In this document: in pieces, positions 42,384-42,385 of the stretch
Layout: each line of letters begins with the position of its first letter
Position numbering within the stretch: the first letter of the stretch is position 1
Assembly (NCBI GenBank): GCA_013204355.1
Contig: JABMOA010000006.1
Span: 1 to 42,385 of the forward strand
DNA length: 42,385 nucleotides
DNA from: Candidatus Woesearchaeota archaeon
Lineage (GTDB): Archaea; Nanobdellota; Nanobdellia; Woesearchaeales; GW2011-AR9
Reading direction: 5' to 3'
Made by a program: the position numbers and the translations under genes
Notes under the pieces: generated by a model
What the model was told of the DNA's origin: nothing
The model's input: only the letters and a program-made list of their open reading frames with translations
Databases searched by the model: none

Positions 42384-42385
42384 TA

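Noticed and set aside
1-42385. CRISPR arrays, cas genes, reverse transcriptase/DGR template-variable repeat pairs, restriction-modification or other named defence systems.
   Set aside because: The window has no regularly spaced short repeats, no RT/Cas/REase/helicase-nuclease motifs and no long near-identical repeat pairs inside coding regions. The only repeats are those reported above.

Overview
This is an AT-rich (about one-third GC by eye), gene-dense archaeal chromosome segment. It is most consistent with a small-genome DPANN-type archaeon. Archaeal markers present are ribosomal protein L37e directly after an Sm-like protein, class I LysRS, SRP54, an Lrp/AsnC regulator, a tRNA with a long intervening sequence, and TATA boxes 20-30 nt upstream of start codons (leaderless style). 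Recognisable housekeeping genes are xth, asnS, asnB, truD, trhO, srp54, lysK, prs, a Fur/ZIP pair, two different class II (B12) ribonucleotide reductases and a PduO-type adenosyltransferase. Between them lie lineage-specific membrane, secreted and all-helical proteins with no name I can assign.

The regions most worth a second look are:
1. 10.1-15.1 kb: an active membrane Ser/Thr kinase, a catalytically degenerate paralogue and a YbaK-fold protein. The cassette is bracketed by ~250-bp direct repeats derived from a methyltransferase gene.
2. 27.4-30.9 kb: two type-II membrane proteins with caspase-like His/Cys signatures flanking an L,D-transpeptidase (YkuD) homologue, in an organism expected to lack murein.
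3. 37.4-42.4 kb: tandem long-type and short-type NrdJ, PduO and three unknown genes, the first translationally coupled to pduO.
4. A MITE-like nested-palindrome repeat family at 16.7 and 27.2 kb. One copy carries a nested 55-bp insertion with a 4-bp duplication.
5. Unusual RNA loci: a 148-nt tRNA-like gene, a tRNA-Leu followed by a duplicated 3' half, and a GC-rich island at 5.9-6.15 kb.

No CRISPR array, integrase, transposase or reverse transcriptase was seen. All functional calls come from motif recognition by eye and need database confirmation.
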